Origin: Basidiobolus meristosporus CBS 931.73
Lineage: Eukaryota > Fungi > Basidiobolomycota
NCBI GenBank assembly: GCA_002104905.1
Contig: MCFE01000225.1
Coordinates: 1-64,000 of the forward strand
DNA length: 64,000 nt
Direction of reading: 5' to 3'
Position numbers and translations under genes: made by a program. Each line of letters opens with the position of its first letter. Within the stretch, counting starts at the first letter, position 1. The notes below the pieces were generated by a model. The model did no database searches. It saw only the letters and a list, made by a program, of their open reading frames with translations, and was not told the DNA's origin. This document shows positions 47,201-58,848 of this stretch, piece after piece.

Positions 47201-49905
47201 AGTGTGGACAACAAGGATGACCAGAAAGCGATGGATGTGGATGGGAGTGGACCCGGGTTTTTGACGGAGGAGAACATTAGTAGAGGCGACAAAAAGGCCA
47301 CTTACTGGTGCTTCATATGCAGAGAAAATGGAACGTTGGAGGTATGTGGTCAAGCCACGAAGTGCAGGCAGAGCCATTCGCTGACGGGTTTCTTTCCAGA
47401 TTTACTCTCTTCCCGACCTGGATGAAGTCTTTTATTTCCCCCGCTTCGATCTGGCACCTGGGCTTCTATCGGACTCACCTCAGCAGAAAAATACTTTGGG
47501 AACTTCCCAGAATGTACAGATCGACCAGATTCTGGCTGTAAAGCTAGGAAAGAAACGGCCCGCTACCTATATCATGGTTGGTCTATTCAAAATGCAGTTA
47601 ACCAAGCTCACTCCTTTGATGCTGACGGTTTCCTAGGCACACAACAGGGCCGGCGATACATTTGTGTATCAGCCTTTTCATCATATTTCGACGAATGAGC
47701 CCATCGAGGCCCAGGCGGGACAACCGTCGAAGCCCATTAACTTTGGTAAGAGATTGGCTCTTCGGTTCTCCCGGACACGGCTGGAGATGATCACTCGCAA
47801 CCCTTCTCACACCACTGTGGAGGGCGAAAACGGAGTCGAGGGCGAGCCCAAAAAGACGTCGCAATTGGTCCATCGTCGCCGCAAGATGATCCCATACACC
47901 AACATCGAGGGATACGGTGGCGTTTTCATCACCGGATCACGGCCCACTTGGCTTATGCTATCCGGCCGGAGATACCTACGGGCTCATCCTATGCCTATTG
48001 ATGGGGACGTCGTCTGCTTTACACAATTCCATAATATCAACTGTCATCACGGATTCCTTTATTTCAACTCCAAGGTAACGAACCCGACCAGCAACCCGGG
48101 CCCACGAATCAAGCTAATCTCCACTTTGGGACTAGGGCGACATGAGAATCTCCCAACTGCAGCCTTTCATGAATTATGACATGGACTGGCCGATCCGGAA
48201 AATCCCTCTGCGACGAAGCGTGACCGGGATTATATACCATATTCCTAGTCAGAAGCATGCAGTTCTCTCCGCCACGACAACCACCTTCCAGATCAAGGAT
48301 GAAGCAAATCCTCCGCCGCCGCAAGGTAACACTCGAGACCAGGTCAAGAATATGGGCGATCAGCTAACTACGGAACACCATTTAGGAGTGGGCGAATTCT
48401 TGCCCGAGATTAGTAAGTATGCGTTGGAGCTGGTTTCCCCAGTCACCTGGGAGACGGTGGATAGGTTAGTATCCGTTTACGAATCAGTGCAGCTGAAGCC
48501 GGGTATTGATCTATAGCGTCGCGTCAGGTACGAGTTTGGCGAGAACGAGCACGCACTATGCATCAAGTATGTAGAGTTGGAAAGTAAACAGACAGCTAGC
48601 GGACGTAAGAATTTTGTGGCCATTGGAACATCCATACTGGCTGGAGAAGATGTTTCCGCACGTGGAGCCGTATCCTTTTTTCACATGGGAACCAGAACAT
48701 TCAGCGCGAAAGAAACTGCCCTATTTCTTGACTCAAGCTAACGACAGATTTATATCTTCGATGTCATTGAAGTTGTCCCCGAACCCGACAACCCGCAAAC
48801 AAATCACAAGCTAAAGCTGCTTTACAGAGAAGAAGTCAAAGGCTCTGTGTCTGCGCTTTGCGATGTCAGCGGCTACTTGGTCACCTGTGTGGGACCCAAG
48901 GTAAGCGTCTTGGCCGGGACGTCTTCTTTTTCGTTTGCGGCGTACTCATCGATTTTGCAAGGTCATCATTCGTAGTTTCGAAGACAACGAAAGCCTAGTT
49001 GGAGTTGCTTTTATTGATGTTCAGATCTATGTGACATCCGCATGCTCCGTCAAGAACCTGATTTTGATAGGAGACGTATACAAGAGCATCTGGTTCTTGG
49101 CTTTCCAGGCAAGTGCCAATCATCCGATCGGTCGTTCTACAGCATCTGACCCATGTGTATGTTTCCGACCCACAGGAGGAGCCTGCGAAGCTAGTTTTGC
49201 TTGGCAAGGATTACCATCCGCTCGACACACAATGCACCAACTTCCTTATAGACGATAAAACCCTGAACTTTGCCGTCGCCGATACTGACAAGAATGTTCA
49301 CCTGTTCAGCTATTCTCCGTACAACGTCCAGTCATTCAGCGGACAAAAGCTGATTAGACGAGGGGATTTCCACTGCGGTGCAAGCATCCAGACCATGGTG
49401 CGTGTAATCAAGAAGCCCATTCTCGGTAGTGACGGGACAGTCCAGCCCTCGCGGCAGCAGCTGTGTCTTTGCGGTAAGTAGGGCGGGATTCCAGCATAGT
49501 CCGAGATCAATCGCTCAATGATGCGTTTTGTAGGGACCCTTGATGGCAGTGTTCAAATGATCACCCCCGTATCCGAGAAGATCTACAAACGTATGCAGCT
49601 TCTATATACCCAGCTTGTGAATGGGCTTCAGCATCCAGCTGGATTAAATCCGAAGGCACACAGGTAATTCCAGACCCATGCATTGATCAGAACCCGTGAC
49701 TAACTTAGGGCTATACAGACTGGTGCAAACAAAGAAACGGAACATACTCAATCCGGTCAAGAGCATCCTCGATGGGGACATCTTGTCCTTGTTCAGTAGT
49801 CTCGCCATCAACCGACAAAAGGAAATGACCAAGCAAATCGGTACCACCGAAGATAGGATTCTCAGCGATTTATTGGAGGCCACTTTGACTACTGACTACT
49901 TTTAG
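44252..49905 (+). CDS. CFT1: Cleavage and polyadenylation specificity factor 160 kDa subunit (Cft1/CPSF1), many exons
   Basis: Motifs YTLFREVFPPTGVEHA, LLLSFKDAK, YFFLGSRLGDSLLIKY, NTGPINDMAVGE, GYGGVFITGSRPTWL, NLILIGDVYKSIWF, GQKLIRRGDFH and GLNPKAHR..ILDGDIL. Confidence 0.97.
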
Positions 49906-50066
49906 TGAGCCATCACTTCCTTCGATAGAATAAATTACCAAGAGAATGTACTTAGAACGCCGACTCACAATGCTGTTTTATGTTTCCGGAACATACAAAA
50001 AGTGATTGGATTATGGGGCATGGGTAGTGAGCACATGGGAGTGGTGAGCAAAATTAGACGGCCCTC

Positions 50067-51364
50067 CTATAGTCGATGTCCCGGCACGACGTAGAAGATC
50101 ACCGCAATGATTAGACTGACTACCAGATCTAGAAGGACCATGCGTAACGCCTTCTTAATGTGAAGACGCCGGATGTGGGGATCCCTAACGCGATTGAAGT
50201 GGAACAGGGTTTTTTCGCTAAATGGGGAGGGTTAGGAGAGAGGTTGGAAATGGCTCGGGACGAAGACATACCTTAGTCCGAGAAGTGTGAACCCGGGGGA
50301 AAGTCTTTCTTGGTGTACATGGATGTTGCAAACGCCCAACCAGATAGGAATCAGTCCCTAATGACGAGAGATGGATCGTTAGCAAGCTGTGGTTCCCTGT
50401 ACAAATAGATTCCACTCACCCAAAACCTCAGTGCCTTCGGCTGCACGTCCATGAAGATAAGGGTGAATTCAGCAGCAAACCCGACGAATAGCAGGAACAG
50501 CCCCAGCACCAAACGGAACATCGCATGGAACGGGGTGATGTTGGAGTAGGCACGGGTGCGAAGGAATCGAGGGAAAGAGTTGGCTAGCATTTCCTGAAAT
50601 ACGAACTCCTTCGCTTGCAGAAACACCTCCGGGTCATCCCGTTGCTGCATCTCCAGCATCTGGCATATTTGGAATCGTATGGCCCCAGGCAGAATCAGTT
50701 CCTTCTCGGCACCGGACACGATATATTTGTAGTAGATTCTCTCGGCCGACTTTCGTAAATCCTCTCGTTGCACTTTTTTCTCGGTGCCCGAGGGGGAGAC
50801 GTTCGATTTGTTCTCCGGGTTGGAGACATCCGACTCCGAGTGCGGTAGGTTGAGGCAATACTGTTCAGTGTGATTTTCAACCTTCGAGTCGCTCTGGGTA
50901 ACCTGGGACTTCGGCCGGATAGAGAACGTACTGAGCGAATAGCTGGACTCGTTACTGACACCGCTGAAGGTACTGAAGCGAAGCTCATTAGAGATGTCTC
51001 GGAGACTCAGCCGGCCGATACTGAACCTAGGGTTCTTACTGGAGTTTGGGGAATTTAGACTGGAGTTGAGGCTCAGCGTTGAGAGCAACTCTTTACAATA
51101 TATTTTACATAAGTTCTCGTGGGCTACCACATCGAGCCAAAAATCCAGGTTCTCGACCGAGCGGTTGTTATCGCGCAAGTAGATATAATAGCTGTAAAGG
51201 CAAACAGGTGGGGACGTTTTGCGGGTCAGGACCTGTTCGAAGGCTGGTAACTTGGGATCTCTCAAGGCCATTTCCTCCATCTCCGGAAACCAGAATTCCT
51301 GGAAGAGACTTTTCTCCATTGGCTGAGAGATCTTGGAAGAGTGGCGAAAGTTTTGAACCACCAT
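50067..51364 (-). CDS. RAX1: RGS-domain membrane protein, Rax1-like
   Basis: Contains LPAFEQVLTRKTSPPVCLYSYYIYLRD..SVENLDFWLDV, AERIYYKYIVSGAEKELILP and RDDPEVFLQAKEFVF..SFPRFL, then TM segments. The last exon ends ..FYVVPGHRL*. Confidence 0.8.
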
Positions 51365-51865
51365 GTTCGGGGTGTATGTGTTGCACGAAACTGGTTTTAG
51401 AGAGTGCAGTCGTTCAGAAGGTCATGTCCGCTTGTGCGGGAAAGGTGGCAAAGAGAGAGCTCGGGCTAAACCAGAAGTGGCGGTGAGCTTGAAACTACCG
51501 TGGTGGTATGATACGTTGGAACGTAACTGAGGTGGAGGCTGATATAGAGATATCCTGCAGAAAATAATGGAGCAGGTGTGGGTAGCACAAATACGGCCTC
51601 CACGTATCATTTGGACCCGCACCGGCAATTTATGTACATCATATACAAGGCTACCGGTATTTCTTACCCTTCTTGGAACACAAGCAATCCGCAAGCCCAT
51701 TTCAAAATCCTGATTTGACCAATAAACACTCGTTCCCTGGTGAACCCAACGTCCAAGAATTTCACCAATTCGGCTACATGGTTGTTCTACTTGAAATCAA
51801 CAACTACAATGAAATATAATTTTTTAAGAGTTTATTGGAATGTGGTGATACACTGGAAACGGCAT

Positions 51866-52042
51866 CTAGAAGAGTACGTTAGCGACTGAAGGAAATTCAA
51901 TCAGATGTGGTTTGCGACGTTCGAAGCTCAGACGTTTAAATATGATTCCGGATGGTCGTTATCCTCAATAGATTTCAGAAGAGGGAGACCAATCATCACT
52001 GCAACGATGGATTCGCTTGGGGGAAATATGAATTATACTTAC
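51866..52042 (-). other. Spliceosomal intron in the RPS12 3'-UTR (snoRNA host intron)
   Basis: GTAAGT donor 23 nt after the stop codon, GCTAAC branch site (51878-51883), CTAG acceptor, and AATAAA at 51831-51836 in the following exon. Confidence 0.85.
51920..52006 (-). ncRNA. Box C/D snoRNA, SNORD100-like (predicted guide for 18S G equivalent to human Gm436)
   Basis: Box C GTGATGA (51993-51999), D' CTGA (51975-51978), C' TTGAGGA (51962-51968), D CTGA (51928-51931) and a short terminal stem. The D' guide CTCCCTCTT is antisense to the conserved 18S segment GGAGAGGGAG. Confidence 0.85.
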
Positions 52043-52064
52043 ATCTCGATCGACCACCAATAAT

Positions 52065-52496
52065 TTAGTGGGATTTGAAGTACTCGAGGAGGACGTTGAG
52101 GGCCTCGGATTCCTCTCCGTAGTCCTTAACGACGACGCAGGAGCAGCCGACGACCTTACGGGCGCTACCCTCACGATCGATCTTGCAGAGACCAGCCCAT
52201 TCACCGAGCTTCTTGGCGTCAGAAACCTTGATGAGGTTGATGTTGTGTTCGGCACAGAGAGCTTCAACAAGTCTGATGTATTCCTTCTCAGTGCAGGTCT
52301 CAACAAGGACGCACAAGTGAGCTTGACGCTTGTCAAGAGCCTTGGCGCACTCTCTCAAACCACGGGCAAGACCGTCGTGGACGAGGGCCTTCTTGAGGAC
52401 TTCTTGAAGGGCTTCCTCGACGGTCATTTGACCACGGGGGGCAGCCTCAGCAACAACCTCAACTTCTTGGGGAACAACAGCTTCTTCGGCGGACAT
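52065..52496 (-). CDS. RPS12: 40S ribosomal protein eS12; 5'-UTR intron at about 52507-52589
   Basis: [72 protein letters not shown]. Confidence 0.99.
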   Translation of the reverse strand: MSAEEAVVPQEVEVVAEAAPRGQMTVEEALQEVLKKALVHDGLARGLRECAKALDKRQAHLCVLVETCTEKEYIRLVEALCAEHNINLIKVSDAKKLGEWAGLCKIDREGSARKVVGCSCVVVKDYGEESEALNVLLEYFKSH

Positions 52497-52827
52497 GGCG
52501 TCAGTTCTAGAGAGGTAACCAATGCTGATTAGTTGGGTGTTGCAAGATGGATGAAATCACCCGTTGGATGGATGTGGAACACAACATACAGTTTTGAAAA
52601 GAGCGAAAACTCAAAGGGAGGAATCCCGTAGCCACCGTCGGGAGTTCTTATTCTCTCGAATTTTTTGTTATCCGGGGTAGGGGTAGGTCCGAGAATTTTT
52701 ACCCTGGAAATCCGGCCGAAATTTTGCTCGTCTTATGGTGGCATCGCATCAACTCAAAACATGCGATGTGACTTGCGTTCGCTCCAATTATGAGTTGACG
52801 GATTTCCGAAGCTCTCCACCAAACATC

Positions 52828-54271
52828 ATGTCTGAGCTTTCAAATCTACTTTCCCTAGTGGAGCGGCTTGAGGCCACGGCAGTTCGTCTTGAATCCTCCT
52901 ATGGTACAAACAGTGGTGCCGCTTCGAAGGAAAGCAGCTGCATGATTGCGTATGAGGAGATTTTGACTGGTGCGCTGAACAGGTTTCTGACCAACTCCAA
53001 ACAGATATCCCCCATCGTCAGCGAACAGGTAGGTCTTTTACCCTGCCTCTCACACTTGCGCTGGGGGATGCTAACGCCTGTTTTCGTTAGAGCCTTGAAG
53101 TCCAAAAGGCTTTTGAAGCACAAAAAGCTCTAATCCTCTTCGCGATAGAGAACAAAAAGGTTCCTTTGACGTCAGCAGAATTTCAACAATATCTAGATCC
53201 GGTCAAGAAAGCCTTGGAGAAGGTATGCGAGTGTCGGGAGGAGAACAGAGGATCCAAGTACTTCAATCATCTGTCCACAGTGAGTGAAGGCATTCCTGGG
53301 CTGGGCTGGGTGCTGATTGTAAGTTTCAGACCATTTCCTTGGCCGCCTGGGGGCTCCAGTCTCTAACATAACCAATAGGAACATACACCTGCTCCGTTCC
53401 TTGAAGGCATGAAAGACAGCTCTCAATTTTACGCCAACAGAGTGATCAGGGAGAACAAGGAAAGGTAACCCACCATCAAACGACAGCCATCCGAGGAATG
53501 TATGGGTGCTAATTTACGCATCAAGTGACCGAAGCCACGTTGACTGGGCCAACAGCTTTGTCGAGTTGTTATCGGAGTTGCATAGATATGTTAAAGAACA
53601 CCATACCACGGGTTTGGCTTGGGATTCTAAGGTAGGTTTTGTATCTTTTCCTACACTGACCAACAACATTGACACTTTATCTTGAAGCCCCCCGCTCCTG
53701 ATTTGAGCCAAGCATCCACCACAAAGCGAAGTGCTTGCACTAGTGCTCAGCACTCCCCTGCGAAACTCCCAAAGGTGGAGGACTCACGTGCTGACAGAAT
53801 GGCCGTAGACCCGACTCCTAGTACGTACCAAATGTATAGATAAGCACCACCAACGGAATCGCTAATCGAGAACAACCGTTTACAGAAGTGGAGGAAGTGA
53901 AAGAGCCTTGTATCGTGCTGAGCAAGAACAAATGGCATATCGTAAGTCGACTTCACTCCTCTTGTTGTTCATTGCTAATGGGCCGTATGTCTTGTAGGAG
54001 AATTACAAGGACGAGAATCTCACCATCGACAACACCCGGTTCAACCACATCGTTTATGCACGCAACTGCCACAATTGCACCATCTACGTCAAGGAAAAGG
54101 TGACCGAGATAAATATTGGTAAGGGCCCCATCTTGTGGATGATCCACGAAGAGAGACTGACATGAAGCATTCGTAGATCACTGCTCGAACACTACGGTGA
54201 TCCATGATTTTCCAGTGTCTGCTATCGATGTGGCTAATTCCACCCGCGTACGCATCGAATTATTAAATTAA
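52828..54271 (+). CDS. Short adenylyl cyclase-associated protein (CAP/Srv2) paralog, 8 exons, about 341 aa
   Basis: RLE motif (LVERLEATAVRLE), a helical folded domain (YFNHLSTVSEGIPGLGWV, MKDSSQFYANRVIRE, HHTTGLAWDSK), and a partial CARP beta-helix (KWHIENY..). Confidence 0.88.
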
Positions 54272-54410
54272 ATCAGTAAGAAACTTGCTTTTTAATTGTT
54301 GATCAGTTGGCTGGTCTATCAACCGATCAACAGAGTCAATTTATAAAAACTACTGCCCACGTTTCCCATTACTTTGAACGATTTATGTACAAAGAGCATT
54401 ATCACCCATG

Positions 54411-57400
54411 TCATTTCCTGGTCACCGTCTCGACTAGTTTCTGGGCTTCCTCGGCCTTGACGTACACAATGCAGTATGGGTTGGCAGTAGAGTTGGTTGT
54501 ATCGGCAAGCACTTCGGACTCAGCCACCTAAAATATACGCAATAAATCAATACCTACGTATAATCGTTCATGTTCGCAAAGATAAGCAAATTCACCTCGG
54601 TAACCGTCACATCATTGTACTTGTACCATTTGCTGCCATCGAAGTCATATATATATATCCAATAATGTCCATAGGATGCCTCTCCCTGGTGTATAAAGAC
54701 AGCATGAAGGACATACTCGTGCTCACGAAGATTGTCAAATATAAGTTGCGCCTCCTCCTGGAGCTCCTTGATTTTCTCCTCAGCGCGCACAATCTGCTCC
54801 TTGGCATTTTGCGCAGCCTTCATCAGTGTGTCGGCCACCATCTGCATCTGCTCCATGCTCGGGCTGTTGCTTTCTGGTCCGTCCGCTTCCATGAGGTGGT
54901 TTTGCTCACCTTTCAAATAAGTGGCAGTGATTTCCAACATCTCCGCGATGGGGATCGGATAATCGGGGTTTTTCATGTAATGATTGATGGTATTTTGGTG
55001 TCGAGTGATCTCTGCTTTCAGAGCTCTGTAGGCCTGCTTCTGCACCTCTAGATGGCCGGAGTTCTCGGCCAGGTACCGGTCCATGTATATTCTCTTCTCG
55101 AAATGGAGATAGGCATTGGATTTGAATACATTTGATGTGGTCCGATCGAACTGAACCCGCTGGACTTGGATTTGAAGGAATGGTGGCAGCTTCGTGATGA
55201 TTACCTCCCGTTCTGCTTCCGTATCATTGAACGCTACCTTCGAATTGTCAAAATACTCATCCAAACCGTCGTACAAGCTTCGGCCTTGGGCGACATCGAC
55301 GATTAAATGGCTGAAATCCTCCTCTTTTTTGGTGACGATCGTTTGGGAGGTGGCCGATTCGACATAGCTTAGAGTTTGCTCCGTCTTGCCAAAAAACAGC
55401 TGCCGTATCAAGCTGCCATCTGTGCCCTCGATAGTACGATCTCTGGAAAGAGCGATGTCTAGTAAATACATCACATTGTCCATGCATTCAGTCACGTCTT
55501 GTTGATAGCCAAATTCGTTCGAGGGGTTTTCTGACTTTGGCCGGGGAGGTAGAGAGGGTGGTGTAGGGTGCTGTGCAGCGGTGGCCACTTGATTTTCCTC
55601 GGCAGTTGGCTTATCTTCTGAGGCTTCAGGCACATTTTGACTCTCTACGGTTGCCGGTGGATTCTGATTTGCGGCGGGATCGTTGACCGGATCCACATCC
55701 ATATCTGATTGAGTAGGTGTAATGTCAATCAGCACTCCTTCAGCTGTCTTTTCGGAAGCAATCTCCTCTGGCTGGCTCTGTGCATCCTCCTTGGTAGGCG
55801 GTCCAAATGGAGTTACAGCTGGCGCATTACTAGGCTGTGTTTGACCATGTGTTAGAGCAATCCGGGCAAGCTCAAGAGAAGGGGCCACGCTTCTTTCTGA
55901 CGTGTTCAGCAGGGTAGTAAAGAGATCACGCAATAACTTGACGACTAGAATGGGAGCTAATAAGCAAGGGCATAATCATGGACTACTAACTAAGCCAACT
56001 TACACAGTTGTGCATTTTCAGCATCTTGAGGCGTCGTGACGCTTCCTAGCTGCGTATTATCGTCAAGAATACACGGCTCCGAAGAATCGATCACTGCACT
56101 ACGAAGGCTCTTTATGCTAAAATAATACTACGTGAGGTTGAATAGCAACTCAAAGATAAAGGTTAATAAGTGAAGTGATTACTTGGAGCAGGGAGTTCAG
56201 ATAGCACGTGTTTCCGATATTATCCAAGCCAACGGGGCTGTAACAAATCCAATTTGTTGGTCAGAAGGAAGCAGATACGCTTGATTGACAGAGTACTAAC
56301 GTGTTGTCGATGTACGACTCAAATACGGCATCTAATTGGGATGAATTGAGTTTAAAGGAAGTTGTAGGCCGAACAATTGGTTGCAAATACCTTCCATCCA
56401 GTCATTTTTCCCAGTACTTAAGAACTGATGGATCTGATTGCTCATACGAGCTTGCCCGATGAGTCGAAGCGCTTCTCGATGCTCTTCCAGCTTGTCCGGA
56501 CGTTCTGAAAGCTAGAGAAGGCCGACAATTACTATACATCTCGCAACAGACACGGCTAATGACATCGCACAAACATGAATACTATACACAGCAATCAAGT
56601 CTTCATCAGATATGCTGTAATCCTGAGCCTCGAAATGGGCGTATGCGGTTCGAAGATCAGACTCGCTGTACCGGCCTACGCCATACCGTATTAGCTGATG
56701 AAATTGCAAAGAGAAAAATCATCTCGGGTGCAGTACCTTGCGACCTCTCCATCTGGACGGCATGTGAGAGCTCATCACTTTTTCGCGTTTGAGCCGCATT
56801 CAATAAAGCGTCCAAGTATTCAGGAATAGACGAGGGATCATGTTCAACTGCTTTCTTGTATGCCCATTCAACAACTGCATCTGGTGCATCACTACATGAA
56901 GGTCAGATCGAGTTCCATTTCGACAACACTGAAGCTTATGCTTACTGGTGAACGCCAAGTAAATCATAGTTGATCGAGTATTCCTGCGATTCGCTGGAGG
57001 GCAGATCTATCCGTAAGATCCGTTAGTGAATAGCCACCGTGATATTTCATTGGATGTAGGAAATACATTTGAAGCCAAAGAACTCCAATATCTTGGCCGT
57101 GGCATCTGCATATACGCGATACTGCTCCGGGATCTGGAGACCTAGATGACTACTCTTAATTACTGAACCCAGGCAAATGAAAGCGGTTCTTGGCTCACCA
57201 GCAGTTTCACGGATATTCAAAACGAACACTTGCAGTTCGCATTCGGCAATAATCAAACTGCTCCTCTTCATCTCCAATTGCGGTGGGTGAAAATGGCCAT
57301 CACTAAGTGTGAACCCAAGGGCTTGGAAGAGATTTTGGCTTTCATCGACGAGATGTTTAGTTTTACTAGAGCCTGGTCAAATCTTAGAGATTACCAGCTA

Positions 57401-57862
57401 CCTTGCCTCGTCAAGCTTGATTCGCTTCTTAAAAGCTCCATTCTCAACATTGATGGTACGTGAGTTGCCGGTAAGTAAATTATTGATATATGTCGTGAAG
57501 GTTTCTAGGCAGCAGATAAAATCCGACGTGTCTGGCCGATTCTTTTGAAGAAGTCGTAGGGTTGCTACCGGTACCACCGGTTCGGTTACTGTGAATTTAA
57601 CGGTATGATCGCATTGGCAGCATTTCATTGAGCACTCCATATTGTTTTCATATGTGTGGAAATGATGCTCAGGACCTTGTGAACATCCAGCTTTTCCATT
57701 GGAGTTTACATAGAAGAAACGGTAGCAGATTTTGCAGACGAAAATTTCGGGGTCGGGGGTCAGAAGCAAGACATGGTTATGCGGCGTACTGCCCACACGG
57801 AAATGCTTTAAAATTCCAAACATCAGTGGGGCCGTTCTCCCATTTACGGAGAAGGATTTCAT
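54411..57862 (-). CDS. UBP2: Ubiquitin C-terminal hydrolase Ubp2 (USP25/28-related), multi-exon
   Basis: Cys box PVGLDNIGNTCYLNSLLQ, QQDVTECMDNV, LQIQVQRVQFDR, and His box YVLHAVFIHQGEASYGHYWIYI..WYKYND. Confidence 0.92.
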
Positions 57863-58267
57863 AGGGCTATCTGCTCAAATCGCTTTGGATTAGCTACTAG
57901 ACGTTTAATCAGGGCAAGTGCCTCGTTCTCAACAACCAGCCTCCAATGATGCAAAAAACTCATTACCCTCTATTGTTTCCATTGGATTTTTCAACTTCTT
58001 TACACCACAAGCGTGACCTCCGGAAAGGAAATGGTTATTCAAAGTATTATTGCCCAATAAATCAAATAGCCATTATCCATTACCTAATGCCTGGTATGCC
58101 ATAGAATACGTCATAACCGTATTTCATATCACATGAGTGACAAACAAATCACTCAATTACGAAATCATGGCAATGGAAAGATGGAAATATGTAGCATACA
58201 CACATACACACAGTGTACACAGATAAAAGGTGGTCACAGAATATATGGGTGAGAAAATTCGCCAGGA

Positions 58268-58326
58268 CTAGGCAACGCTTGATCTCCTCCAGCTAGCCCT
58301 AGGCAACAATTGATCTCCCTCACCAG
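58268..58326. repeat. 31-bp-period direct repeat CTAGGCAACnnTTGATCTCC in the UBP2/kinase divergent intergenic region
   Basis: Copies start at 58268 and 58299. Confidence 0.8.
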
Positions 58327-58848
58327 TTTAATCGCGATTGCTCTTGGCGTATTCTCAACTCCCTCCCCATCCAAACTTAATGCACAAACCTCCTAATATA
58401 GAATATTCTAATTTCCCACTTGTGTTATGAAAATATCCTAGGGCTGATCACAGTTGGAACAGGAAAATATCCAACTGGTTAACAGCAAATGGCTCAGCTA
58501 GATGCGGTTCAGTTTACTTTGCTGCACAGCTAGCTACTTCATTGATTTCATCTTCCCCTACCCGCATATTACTCCGCTAAAGATACTTCTAGCCTATTCC
58601 TCCCAAATTTGTCTTCTAAGCGGACTGTCTTTTCATAGTGAATGCTAGTGGCTTATTGCCAAACTTCCTACCTATTTTAACTCTATTAACTTCCTCTGTT
58701 GTCCTATTTCTTAGCAAGGTCATAAACCCGTCATAGCATTTCGCAAACTATCGAGTTGAGCTCCTTGTGTTTACACGCATTCCCTAGCGGTTGTTAGTTG
58801 CTGCACATCTGTGTGACATAAAGGTGGTTGTATTGTCCGGTTAAGAGA

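Noticed and set aside
52068-52532. 154-aa antisense ORF over RPS12
   Set aside because: Same codon-bias artefact as for RPL10.
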